DNA from: Octopus vulgaris | Taxonomy: Eukaryota | Assembly: GCA_951406725.2 (NCBI GenBank) | Contig: OX597823.1 | Coordinates: 18,414,001-18,478,000 of the forward strand | Length of the DNA: 64,000 nt | Direction: 5' to 3' | Shown here: positions 1-12,187 of the stretch, piece after piece | Position numbering within the stretch: the first letter of the stretch is position 1 | How the letters are laid out: each line of letters begins with the position of its first letter | Notes under the pieces: model-generated | What the model saw: only the letters and a program-made list of their open reading frames with translations | Database searches by the model: none | Told to the model about the DNA's origin: nothing | Position numbers and translations under genes: made by a program

Positions 1-452
1 ATATATATATATATATATAAATACATATATATATATACATATATAAATACATATATATATACATATATAAATACATATATAGATACATATATATACATAT
101 ATAAATACATATATATACATATATAAATACATATATATACATATATACACATTTATATACATATATATATACACACACACATCATGTACACAACGTACAT
201 ATTTAACACACACACATAATACATATATTCACAAATACAGAACATGTGTATGTATGTATATATGTATGTATGTACATATATATATATATATATATACACA
301 CATACATGTATATGTATATCATAAACACAACATACAAACACACAAGATAACTGCCACACATACATATACATATCATACGCACACACACACAAACAAACAA
401 ATCACACACACACTCTTAAAAATATACTCCAACACACACACACACACACACG
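1..452. repeat. Compound (TA)/(TACA)/(CA) microsatellite
   Basis: Directly visible low-complexity tract. Confidence 0.9.
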
Positions 453-489
453 CATGTATGACAGTGGCGGTTATGAGTTCAATACTTAC

Positions 490-660
490 CCAACTTCAAG
501 TTACCCGACTCCTTCAGAATCTTGCCATCTTTGTACCATGTGATGCGTGGTGGAGGATATCCTTTGACCTTACACCGAAACCTAACCAACTGACCTGGCC
601 TCACCTCGATGTCATCAAATTTCTTCAACAGTTCTGGAATTTTCATTGGCTGGGTGTTTT
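490..660 (-). CDS. Coding exon I: N-terminal part of Ig I-set domain 2 (gene continues beyond window start)
   Basis: Acceptor CCTGTTTCAG, donor G|GTAAGT, 171 nt, phase 1-1: [57 protein letters not shown] (classic CxVxGxPxPxITWYKDG). Confidence 0.93.
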
Positions 661-1199
661 CTGAAACAGGACAACATCATTCAAGCATTACTACAACTAA
701 ATAATAATAATAATAATAATAATAGTAATAATAAGAATAATAATGATAATAATAAAGTTGATAATACTACTAATAATAGCTTTAATACTACCAGTATTAT
801 GACTAACACTACAACTGCTATTGATAATAATAGTGTTATTTTTCTTAACTGCTCCTGCTGATACTTTTTCTCACAAACACTGCAATTACTACTACTACTA
901 CTACTACTACTACTAGTTTCTGACTAGTGTTACTACAAATACTAAATAAGCAAATGAGGGAACCTCCGCAGGGTTGTTAGATCTGCTGAGAAAAAGGGTG
1001 TCAAATGTGGTAAAAGATGTCCTGCACCTGAGTAAAAATAGATGGGATCATTACAGCCGGAATGTCCTTGATCATAGGTCTGCTCAGTGAGGAGACTGAC
1101 CGAGGGCTAAACAGCAACAACTACTATTTTTTTACATAACAACTGCTCCTACTGCTTTTGCATATACAACACCTACTACTGTCACTATTCTGTTCTCAT

Positions 1200-1200
1200 A

Positions 1201-1238
<38 letters not shown>

Positions 1239-1502
1239 AACTATTACTTGTACTGCCACTACTACTGTTACTATTACTACTACTACTATTACTTGTACTG
1301 CCACTACTACTGTTACTATTACTACTACTACTATTACTTGTACTGCCACTACTACTGTTACTATTACTACTACTACTATTACTTGTACTGCCACTACTAC
1401 TGTTACTACTACTACCACTACTACTGTTATTACTTGTACTGCCACTACTACTGCTGATGTTACTACAACTACTACTACAAAAACTGCCACTGCTGCTGCT
1501 AC

Positions 1503-1549
<47 letters not shown>

Positions 1550-1552
1550 TAA
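1200..1552. repeat. (CTA)n microsatellite with a 45-bp higher-order unit (~5 copies), followed by (AAT)n
   Basis: ctattacttgtactgccact recurs at 1241, 1286, 1331 and 1376 (period 45). Confidence 0.9.
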
Positions 1553-1768
1553 TCCTTTCTACTGAGGTACAAGGCTTGAAATTTTGGGGGATGGGGCAAG
1601 TCGATTACATCAACCCCCAGAGCATACCTGGTACTTATTTAATCGACCCCGAAAGGATGAAAGGCAAAGTTGACCTTGGCAGAATTTGAACTCAGAATGT
1701 AAAGACAGATGAAATACCACTCAGCATTTTGCCCTCTGTGCAAACGCTTCTGCCCGCTTGCCGCCTTA
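1550..1768 (-). mobile_element. SINE family B copy (tRNA-derived)
   Basis: Reverse complement of the GAGTTCAAATT B-box and the gcctttcatcctttcggggtcgat..aagtaccag core shared with many copies. Confidence 0.75.
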
Positions 1769-2355
1769 ACCACAATAATATTATTGAGTGAGAGAGCAGT
1801 GCATGCCATCAAAGTGACACTGGGGTAAAATATACGAAGCCCAGTATACCCATCATGACTACCCGTCTGATAAGGGTACACCAGACACATGCATCACAAC
1901 CATATGTGCGCGGCATGGTGATCTCATATCAAGATTAACAGTGCTTGACCTTGCAGGTTGGGCCCAGTTAGAATTTTCTTCTGTGGAGTAGCCCATCCCG
2001 CTCAAAAGGTCCCTGAATAAGGATTGTTTAAGTATGTTGAACAAACCACCCATGTTTCAAAAGGTGAATTATCCAAACCTCTAAGAATTCCTTTCAACAC
2101 ATGGCTATGATAATCCCCCACTACTTCTGCTCATGATCAGAGATGCACATTTCATCAGCCACCAACTGATGAAATGCTCAACTGGTTAAGGTCAAACAAT
2201 TGACAAGCAAATCTGTGGTATTGAGCAGAATATTTGCTGTAGCCCATCTTTTATACCAAGACAAAACAATGTACATGATAACACTGCCAATCAGTCAAGA
2301 TCAGAAGCCATGCGAGCCACTGTCTGGGACTGCATCAGGGCTCTTATTATTATTA

Positions 2356-2400
<45 letters not shown>

Positions 2401-2826
2401 CTAATGTAGACACAAATCGTTTAATTTGGAAGGAGAGGTAAATCTTATTAAATCAACCCAGTAATTGACTGGTAATTATTTTATCAACCCCAGTAGATGA
2501 ATGGCAAAATTGAATAGCTTTTCCCAAGACTATCAGTGTTTTTCTTGAAGGGAGGGGACAAATGTTCAGTTGTCACAATGGGTCACTTTAGTTCCCCAAG
2601 ATCTTCATTGGACTTTCAAAGTTCCTCATTCGACCACCCACATGGCAATCTACACCAGTGCAACCATTGTTAATGAATTCATTGAGAATAGACAACTAGC
2701 AAGAACAGGTTATTCAAATGTCATCATTCCACAGTTATTCCACAATACTCTGTGTGTATGTGAGTGCATGACAGTATGATATACACGTATGTGCATGTGA
2801 TAATATATGTATGTATCATATCATAT

Positions 2827-3487
2827 GGTATCCAGACAACTACCTGACTGACAATTGTCCAACAGACAATTGCCCGACAGACAAAATTGCCCAATGGACA
2901 ATGTTTTTTTTGTTAAATTTTGATATATTTTTTTTCTTTTTGGGTGAAGAATGATGTCCTACGATCATTTGGTTGATGATCATGTCATTAAATGCTTGTT
3001 GTCTTCAATACCTGAAGAAAACACCAGATATTTGGATGACTTGACATTATATTCGCCTGAAAATGGTTATGCCATCCCTCCAAGGAATTCATTGTTAATA
3101 GTAAATCATTGCATCCGTGGTCATACATGCTCCACATACAAATAGGAAAGAGTGGGTTGCCTCTGTTACACCGTTATATTCTACTAATATAAGCATCTTC
3201 AAAGTAATCAATGGCTGGATCTGCTTCATGGCACAAATTTTCTTGTAACTGCTCAAATGCTGTTACATTATTGTCTGCTGGCACAAAAGCCAAGGCCTTT
3301 CGACACCCCATGGCTCTTCAGCAAAGTGAGAAAAAATACTATTTTTGAGTACAGGAAGATTCGCCCAAATGACAGATAAAGTGAAACGAATGACAGATAA
3401 AGATAGGGTGAAAGTACCTGTCGGGCAGATATCTATCAGGCAGTTGTCCCTACCGGGCAATTACTCACAAGGCAGTTGACCTAGACC
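2827..3487 (-). mobile_element. Internally deleted Mutator-like (MULE) DNA transposon with transposase remnant
   Basis: Minus 3299-3020 translates KALAFVPADNNVTAFEQLQENLCHEADPAIDYFEDAYISRI*...PLFPICMW...TMNSLEGWHNHF...SHPNIWCF (MULE ALAFVP / TNNxxEGWH / HPNIW motifs, one stop). Imperfect GG-starting TIRs with subterminal gacaattgccc-type repeats. Degenerate 10-bp TSD catatcatat / cttatcacat. Confidence 0.8.
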
Positions 3488-3551
3488 CTTATCACATATG
3501 TGTAAATGTGTCTATCATGTGTATATTGAAGGTATATATATATATATATAT

Positions 3552-3895
3552 CATCATCATCATCATCATCATCATCGTTTAGCGTCCGCTTTCCATGCTA
3601 GCATGGGTTGGACGGTTCAACTGGGGTCTGGGAAGCCAGAAGGCTGCACCAGGCCCAGTTTGATCTGGCAATGTTTCTACAGCTGGATGCCCTTCCTAAC
3701 GTTAACCACTCCGTGAGTGTAGTGGGTGCTTTTTACGTGCCACCGGCACAGGTGCCAGACGAGGCTGGCAAACGGCCACGATCAGATGGTGCTTTTTATG
3801 TGCCACCGGCACGGGGGCCAGGCGAGGCTGGCAAACGGCCACGATCAGATGGTGCTTTTTATGTGCCACCGGCACGGGGGCCAGTCGGGGCGACC
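3552..3895 (-). mobile_element. SINE/retroposon family C with (GAT)n tail and internal ~60-bp tandem unit
   Basis: Shared ...gacgctaaacgatgatgat 3' end and repeated gtgctttttacgtgccaccggcac units. Related copies at 22275, 35450, 42348, 43305 and 47505. Confidence 0.75.
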
Positions 3896-4456
3896 TTCTA
3901 TGTAAACCTGTCTAGCTATGGGAAAATAGGGATGTTGGCAACAGGAAAGGCATCCAGTCATAGAAAAATCTGTCTCGATGTATTCTATCTGATGCAATCA
4001 TTGAAATGTAGATGTTCAAATGCTGATGATGGACAGAAAAATGAGGGGGGACTTGGTTGCTATTTCTAGCATGACTAGTGAATATTTAGAAGTTATGTAA
4101 TTGGTTCATTATATAATGTGCATCTGGCATCCACTTCTCATCAATGACACATTTTTGTTAATGAATAATACCAAAATTAAAAGTAACATCACCCGCCCAA
4201 CAAGAAATGAGGAAAAATAGATAATGTTTTCTAATGAGTATCTAGTTAATTATCACTAATTAGGCTTTGTTGAGGTGATCCATCAGTTGAAAAATAAATT
4301 CTAAGCATGTTTAACCTAAAATGATACATGACACCGTTCTGACAAAGTATATTGCTCTCTCACAGTAATGTAGGTTTTCTTCTCTTTGTATCTCATTCTC
4401 TGTCATTAGCAATTGATTTCTCCCTCCCCCTTCTCTCTCTCTCTCTCTCTCTCTCA

Positions 4457-4493
<37 letters not shown>

Positions 4494-4569
4494 TATCTAA
4501 GCATTATCCAAGGGTAGTGGCTTGGTAGAATTTTTGCAGAATCAGACTAAATGCTTTGTGGTATTTCCT

Positions 4570-4803
4570 CCGGCGAGCTGGCAGAAACGTTAGCACGCCG
4601 GGCGAAATACGTAGCCGTATTTCGTCTGCTGTTACGTTCTGAGTTCAAATTCCGTCGAGGTCAACTTTGCCTTTCATCCTTTCGGGGTCGATTAAATAAG
4701 TACCAGTTATACACTGGGGTTGATGTAATCGACTTAATCCCTTTGTCTGTCCTTGTTTGTCCTCTCTGTGTTTAGCCCCTTGTGGGTAGTAAAGAAATAG
4801 GTA
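4570..4803 (+). mobile_element. SINE family B copy
   Basis: ggcgagctggcagaaacgttagc head, GAGTTCAAATTCC B-box, tail gtttagccccttgtgggtagtaaagaaata. Confidence 0.8.
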
Positions 4804-6024
4804 TTTCCTCCAGCTCTTTATGTCCCGAGTTCACATCCTGCTGAAATCAGCTTTATCGTTCATTCCTCTGAGGTCGATAAAATAAGAACTATTTCAGAAA
4901 AGGGCTTGATTTAACTGAGTAGCTCCTGTCCATTAAATTTCAGGCCCTGAGCCTATATCAAAAACAGCTATATATATATATATAATTATACAAAATTAGC
5001 AGAAAATGGAGAAGACTTTTGATCAACAAACAAACAAATTGACCAACATCAGCACAGGAGTGGTAAGTAGCTTACTTACCAACCACATGGTTCTGGGTTC
5101 AGTCCCACTATTGTATGATGTCAAGACACGACACAAACACACACAGGATGGGCTTCTTTTAGTTTTCCCTCTACCAAATCTACTCACAAGACTTGGGTCA
5201 ATCCTTGGCTGTAGCAGAAGACAGTTGCTCAAGATGCCACATAGTGGGAGAGAACCCAAAACTTTATGGATGGGAAGTAAACTTCTTAACCACACAACCA
5301 ATAACAACAATAATGTCTTTAATTTAGGCTCGGGGTCAAAAATTTGGAGAGAGGGGAACAGTTGATTAACCTGTCCCCAGTATTTTACTGATCCTTTATT
5401 TTATCAATCCTGCTAGGATGACAGGCAAAACTGACCATAGCATGACTTTGAACTCAGAACTGCGATACTAGTTTCAAATTTTGGTACCAGACCAGCAAGT
5501 TCAGGAGAGGGCACGAGTCAATTACATTGACCCCAGTGCTCAACTGGTACTTATTTTACTGACCCCAAAGGGATAAAAGCAAAGTCGGGTCTCAGCGGAA
5601 TTTGAACTCAGAATGTACAGACAGATGAAATGCCACTAAACAATTTGCCTGGTACACTAACAATTCTGCCAGCTCTCAGAACCGTAATAATCCTTTCTAC
5701 TATAGGCACAAGGGCTGAAATTTGAGGGAGGGGTGGGGGGACAGTCAATTACATCAACCCTAATATTCAACTGGTTCTTAATTTATCAATCCTGAAAGGA
5801 TGAAAGGCAAAGTCAACTGTGGCAGAATTTGAACTCTGAAAGTATAGACAGACGAAACGCCAGTAAGCAATTTAGCCAGCATGCTAACAATTCTGCCAGC
5901 TCTCAGAACCGTAATAATCCTTTCTACTATAGGCATAAGGGCTGAAATTTGAGGGAGGTGGGGGACAGTTGATTACATCAACCCTAATACTCAACTGGTG
6001 CTTAATTTATTCTCTCTTTTTTTT

Positions 6025-6410
6025 TTACTCTTTTTACTTTGTTTCAGTCATTTGACTGTGGCCATGCTGGAGCACCGCCTTTAGTCGAACAAATCGACCC
6101 CGAGACTTATTCTTTGGAAGCCCAGTACTTATTCTATTGCTCTTTTTTGCCGAACCGCTAAGTGACGGCGACGTAAACACACCAGCATCGGTTGTCAAGC
6201 AATGCTAGGGGGACAAACACAGACACACAAACATACACATATATATATATATATATATATACATATATACGACGGGCTTCTTTCAGTTTCCATCTACCAA
6301 ATCCACTCACAAGGCTTTGGTCGGCCCGAGGCTATAGTAGAAGACACTTGCCCAAGGTGCCACGAAGTGGGACTGAACCCGGAACCATGTGCCACATAGC
6401 CACTCCTGTG
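6025..6410 (-). mobile_element. SINE family A copy (tRNA-derived, ~400 bp, internal TA/CA tract)
   Basis: Matches more than 15 other copies in the window. Head ggttccgggttcagtccc, CORE-like ccttgggcaagtg, tail gactgaaacaagtaaaagag. Confidence 0.85.
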
Positions 6411-6916
6411 TCTATTGACTCTGAAAGGATGAAAGGCAAAGTCAACCTTGGCAGAATTTGAACTCAGAACGTACAGACAAATAAAATACCACTAAGTAAT
6501 TTGTCTGACACACTAACGATTCTGTCAGCTCCCAGAACTGTAATAATATTAATAGTTTCTATTGAGGTAATACAGGGTCAATTTTAGATGGAGAGAGATA
6601 AGATAGAATAATGGTATGGACATTTGATGGTAGTGGATGGTGACATACAAGTCTGACAGTGGTGAATGGTAGTTACAGCATAGGTAAAAGATAATGGTAT
6701 TCACAAATGACAATAGTGGATGGTACCCTGTGTAGGATTAGTGGGTAGTAAAGTCATGTAATGGTAGTAGATAGTAGCAATGGAGGTAGATGATAATGGT
6801 ATAGGTTTGTGATGGTAGTAGTGGTTGTGGACTGGAAAGTTATAAACCAGTCAGAATGGTAACAATCTTAGTTCAGCATAGTTGAGTGGTCAGGATTATG
6901 GAAGATCACTTCCTCC

Positions 6917-6917
<1 letters not shown>

Positions 6918-6950
<33 letters not shown>

Positions 6951-6951
6951 G

Positions 6952-7000
<49 letters not shown>

Positions 7001-7060
7001 TTCTCTTCATCTTTTTCTCTCTCTCTCTCTCTCTTACACATACACACACACACACACACA
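6918..7060. repeat. (TATC)n, (CT)n and (CA)n microsatellites
   Basis: Direct observation. Confidence 0.9.
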
Positions 7061-7263
7061 TAAGGATATTATTGTTCATAATTCCCAATAATATCAGTGG
7101 CTAGCAAGCATAAAAAAACCATAAGGGCAAAAATTATTAATTAATAATAAAGGGTACTATTGGTAGCACCAGCATGCCAAAAATAGCAGTCAAAATGACT
7201 CAAAACCTTAGTTTTCACTTGACAAATTAATCTACAATTTTTTTTTAACATATATAAATCTAG

Positions 7264-7334
<71 letters not shown>

Positions 7335-7736
7335 AATATAGGATAAAATTTTTCGAAAAATTCTGTCAATGGCCAGCATATTAAAAAATATCTTTGAAGG
7401 TTAAATTTATAAACAACTTATAAATAAGGGCAAAAGAAAAAAATTCTAATGCCAAATATGCCGAAAATAGACGTAAATCATCAATAACAATACCCCTAGG
7501 TATAAGTAAGTATTTCATTTATTTCTTACCGTATTTATCGCTGATGAGGAGAAAATTCTTATGAATTAACTCTGAAATCAGGGCCGATACGATAATAACG
7601 GAATTTTTTACAAACTTCTGTCGGCTTACTTCGAGACGCGTGCTTATAATGATGAATTATATGGTTATTGACGATTTAAGTCTATTTTCGGCATATTTGG
7701 CATTAGAATTTTTTTCTTTTGCCCTTGTTTATAAGT

Positions 7737-7739
<3 letters not shown>
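7335..7739. mobile_element. Fold-back element in (TA)n with degenerate hammerhead motif (Penelope-like pLTR fragment)
   Basis: Inverted arms 7413-7488 / 7664-7739. Spacer contains tatcg-CTGATGA-ggag...ctct-GAAA-tcagggc-cgata. Flanked by (TA)n on both sides. Confidence 0.65.
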
Positions 7740-7772
<33 letters not shown>

Positions 7773-8065
7773 TATATAGATATATATACATGAGTAAGAA
7801 AATGGAGGGGATCAAGAGGTGGTATTCATTAACTTTTAGACATTATATTATGTCTATTTATTTATTTTTTAAAAAGACAATTATAACAATATACATACAT
7901 GTATTACATTTTATGCTTTACTTATATAAGATATATAAAATATAAAAATACCAGTAATTATTAAAATATATAACATAGAGCATAGAAAGCAGGCAGACAA
8001 ATATATATATATATATATATATCATCATCATCATCATCATCATATATATATATATATATATATAT

Positions 8066-8364
8066 CAATTATAACAAAGGGTGAAATTAATTAATTAAGA
8101 AGTAATCAATAATTTCACCAAGTAGAATTCGGCATGAAAAAAGGACCGTTTAATGGTAAACTTAAGTAATACTTAATAATTAGGGTTCGGCAAAGATTTG
8201 CTTTACCACATACCAAAGTTTAGAAATAGCAGCCAAAAACCTTAGTTATTTCTTCTACTTTAAAAAGGGACTCCCAGAGAAATCAAAATAGCTAAGGTTT
8301 TTGGCTGCTATTTCTAAACTTCGGTATGTGGTAAAGCAAATCTTTGCTGAACCCTAATTATTAA

Positions 8365-8366
<2 letters not shown>
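8066..8366. mobile_element. Fold-back element between (TA)n and (TG)n
   Basis: Near-perfect ~81-bp inverted arms 8171-8251 / 8286-8366. Confidence 0.65.
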
Positions 8367-8449
<83 letters not shown>

Positions 8450-8501
8450 TGGCTGTCTATTTCTTTCAGTGAAAAAGGTAATATGTCTTTAGAATACTTA
8501 C

Positions 8502-8696
8502 TGTTGAGTGTCACAATAAAATACTCTGTACACTTTCCCATATCATTGACAGCAATACACATATATTGTCCAACATCGTCTTTAGAAGGGTGATACACTG
8601 TTAACATGTGCCTGTCCAGTTCATCTTTCTTAATCTCATATTTCTCACTGTCTCCCAGTTTCACAACTTCATGTCCAACATGGAACCAAAACACGT
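8502..8696 (-). CDS. Coding exon H: C-terminal half of Ig I-set domain 1
   Basis: Acceptor TTTTCAG, donor GTAAGT, 195 nt, phase 1-1: DVFWFHVGHEVVKLGDSEKYEIKKDELDRHMLTVYHPSKDDVGQYMCIAVNDMGKCTEYFIVTLN (core Trp; DxGxYxCxAxNxxG). Confidence 0.93.
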
Positions 8697-8774
8697 CTGA
8701 AAATACAAGTTTCACATATTTAAGTAACCCTTCAGCATTCAAATTACTCTGTCAAATATAATCCTTATTTTTAT

Positions 8775-9012
8775 TCTTTTATTCTTTTACTTGTTTCAGT
8801 CATTTGACTGTGCCCATGCTGGAGCACCGCCTATATTCAAACGAATCAACAACAGGACTTATTCTTTGTAAGCCTAGTACTTATTCTATCGGTGTCTTTT
8901 GCCGAACTGCTAAGTTATGGGGATGTAACCACACCAACATCGGTTGTCAAGTGATGGGGGGGTGACAAACAGAGGCACACAAGCACATACATACATACAT
9001 ACATACATACAT

Positions 9013-9045
<33 letters not shown>

Positions 9046-9197
9046 TTCTTCCAGTTTTCCGCTTACCAAATCCACTCACAAGGCTTTGGTCAGCCCAAGA
9101 CTATAGTAGAAGACACTTGCCCAAGGTACCACTCAGTGGGACTGAACCCGGAACCATATGGTTCAGAAGCAAGCTTCTTACCACACAGCCACACCTT
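8775..9197 (-). mobile_element. SINE family A copy nested in a TTAA-type MITE
   Basis: Family A sequence. MITE halves at 8727-8770 (aacccttcagcattc) and 9200-9356 (aatgctaaagggtta). Confidence 0.75.
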
Positions 9198-9356
9198 TCA
9201 CATTACTTAGAATTAATCATGCATTATCTCACATGTGATTGTTTATGTTTAGAATGACATTGTAGGGAAGGTATGAGAGGCTAGATCTGGTTGACTTAAA
9301 CACAAACAGGTAGAATGTTTGGGTTGGGTACAGCTGGTTTAAATGCTAAAGGGTTA

Positions 9357-9550
9357 CTCTTTCACTTGTTTTAGTGAATTAACTGTGGCCATGCTAGAGC
9401 ACCGCTTTTAGTCAAGCAAATCAAGCCTAGTACTTATTCTATCGGTCTCTTTTGCTGAACCACTAAGTTACAGGGATGTAAGCACACCAGCATCAGTTGT
9501 CATGCGATGTTGGGGGGAAAGACACAGACACACAAACATATACACACACA

Positions 9551-9590
<40 letters not shown>

Positions 9591-9996
9591 TAAATAAAAT
9601 ATAAATTACAAAGTGGGACAAGAATGCAAAAACACACAAAGAGACGACACAAAAAAAACAGACGGGTCACTCGAAGCCTCTAATCTTCAGTCGGAACCGG
9701 ATCATCTTAGCAATTTCGGCTGTTTAATCTCGATATCACTCCGAACCAGCCAGCCCCAAGGAAAAACTAAGCCACAGGCATTAGATTTCTTGGAAAGAGG
9801 ATCGAATGTATACGAAACAAACACATATATACGACGGGCTTCTTTCAGTTTCCGTCTACCAAATCCACTCACAAGGCTTTGGTCAGCCTGAGGCTAAAGT
9901 AGAAGACACTTGCCCAAGGTGCCACACAGTGGGACTGAACCCGGGACCATGTGGTTGGTAAGCAAGCTACTTACCACACATCCACTCCTACGCCTA
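9357..9996 (-). mobile_element. SINE family A copy with a ~240-bp insertion in its (TA)n tract
   Basis: Family A halves at 9357-9583 and 9826-9996, interrupted by unrelated sequence 9585-9822. Confidence 0.75.
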
Positions 9997-10224
9997 TAAA
10001 GAAATGAATAGATTAATAAATTCAACAGTCTTTATACTGTCTATAAAACTAACATTTCTTTTTTCTACAGACCTTCATTGTTTTTCTTTTGGAATTATAA
10101 ATTTGATACTGTTAAGTGAGTCTCTCTTTGTTGCTTGATCTGCTAGGAAATAACAACTAAATATCTCTACCAGATTACACCTTACAGAGTCTTAAAAAAA
10201 ATATCTGCATGTGCACCCAATGTC

Positions 10225-10822
10225 TTATTTCTTTATTGCCCACAAGGAGCTAAACATAGAGGGGACAAACAAGGACAGACAAACAGATTAAGTCGATTAC
10301 ATCAACCCCAGTGTGTAACTGGTACTTAATTTATCGACCCCGAAAGGATGAAAGGCAAAGTCGACCTCAGCAGAATTTGAACTCAGAACATAATGGCAGA
10401 CGAAATACCGCTAAGCATTTCGCCCGGCATGCTAACAATTCTGCCAGCATTGCTCCTGTACATGTCTGTCCATGTTTGTAGCCAAATTCAAATTCTTTCC
10501 ATCCTTGTTTAATGCCCATTTTCCATGCTGACATTAAAAGGGTTGACAAGTCAGGGGGTCGTGCCAAGCTCCAACATCTGCTTTGACATGGTTTCTTTTT
10601 TATTACCCACAAGGAGCTAAACATAGAGGGAACAAACAAGGACAGACAAAGGGATTAAGTCAATTACATCGACCCCAGTGTGTAACTGGTACTTAATTTA
10701 CTGACCCTGAAAGGATGAAAGGCAAAGTCGACCTCGGCAGAATTGAACTCAGAACGTAACAGCAGACGAAATACTGCTAAGTCTTTCACCCAGCGTGCTA
10801 ACATTTCTGCCAGCTCGCCACC
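10225..10822 (-). mobile_element. Two SINE family B copies (10225-10450 and 10600-10822)
   Basis: Both are reverse complements of the family B consensus. Confidence 0.8.
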
Positions 10823-11124
10823 TTATATACATACTGCTTTGACATGGTTTGTAGGGCTGGTTGCCCTTCTTAACACCAACCACTTCACAGAATGTAGAGG
10901 ATGTTTTCTAAGCAGCACCAAGCAACAATGAGGTCACCATGTACCTCACAAGACAAGATCATTTCACCTGAATGGAAAGCTGTATTGAGGAAGATGGCTT
11001 TATGCCAGGTGATGAGAGATTAAATTATGAAAGACAAACAGACAGAAACAGGTGCCTTGCAGCAGAAGAGATATATGAATCCCTGACAAAGAAAAGGAGA
11101 TAGAGAAGTGAGATATTCACTTAC

Positions 11125-11498
11125 CAACAGGCTCGGTCCCTTCAACCCGACAGTTCAGAATCAATGCTTCGCCCTCAACACCTATCGTGCTCACAGGAGG
11201 AATTACAAATTTGGGGTCACCAGTTTCAGAAGGAATTGACTTTTCTTCGGGTTCGGGTAGCTTTTCAACAGTATTTATATTTTTTGATTTCAAACTCTCT
11301 ACTTCATCTTGTGTCTTAGAAATGTCTGTTTTGGGAGAAAGGTCCCTGGAACTAGGGACAGTTTGAGAAGGACTATTGGAAGTAGCTACTATTGAGTTTG
11401 GTACACTTTCAGAATTATTATTTACAGTTAGGAACATATCATGGTCCTCTATTTCATTCTCATCAATTTCGGAAAGATCAGACAAATCATCAGCATCT
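11125..11498 (-). CDS. Coding exon G: acidic linker plus N-terminal half of Ig I-set domain 1
   Basis: Acceptor TTCCTTACAG, donor G|GTAAGT, 374 nt, phase 2-1. Ends DPKFVIPPVSTIGVEGEALILNCRVEGTEPV (I-set A-B strands, PxF...LxCxVxG). Confidence 0.92.
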
Positions 11499-12187
11499 CT
11501 GTAAGGAACATAAATATATAAATAAATAAACAAACAAATAAATAAATATATTTCTTTACCACCCACAAGGGGCTAAACACAGAGGAGACAAACAAGGACA
11601 GACAAATGGATTAAGTCGATTATATCGAGCCCAGTGCATAACTGGTACTTAATTGTGCGTGTGTGCATGTGTGCGCACATGGGTTTAGGGTGCATGTGTG
11701 CGCACATGGGTTTAGGGTGCATGTGTGCGCACAATGGTGTGTGTGTGTTTGCAGTATGATGCTAATGACAATGATTGCAGTGATGAAGACGTCAATAAGC
11801 CTAGCAATGCTCCTTGCCACATCCAATCCTCAAGTTATTTGACTACAGGTGGAAACCAGAAGTCAAGGCCCTGTGAAAATACTCTACTAAAAACTGAACC
11901 CACCTTCACAGGGATCAATGAATGCTTATTGTCACTCCATCATACACATAAGTATAGAGTTACATGACATAAAAAAGATCATGCAGTTATGTAAGTTATA
12001 CATCAGATGAAATGTACTGGAGATGTAATAATACATTATATAAAATATACAGCAGGTAAGCTGGTTCTTTATGTAAAATATTCATGACAAGACCCTTAAC
12101 CCCTTAGGGGTCGTTGGAGTGCTGCAGCCATGCAGCCTACCTTGGGTGAGAAAACCTGGCAGAGCCCATCCCTCCCCAGGCTAAACT

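Noticed and set aside
1132-1599. Poly-Ser, poly-Tyr and poly-Val ORFs
   Set aside because: Translations of CTA/AAT microsatellites.
1786-2342. GC-richer segment between ATT tracts
   Set aside because: Probably a repeat insertion, but single-copy in this window with no diagnostic motif, so left unclassified.
6192-6461. Recurrent short ORFs (MSSNARGTNTDTQ.., RRHLPKVPRSGTEPGTM) resembling a gene family
   Set aside because: Antisense translations of SINE family A copies.
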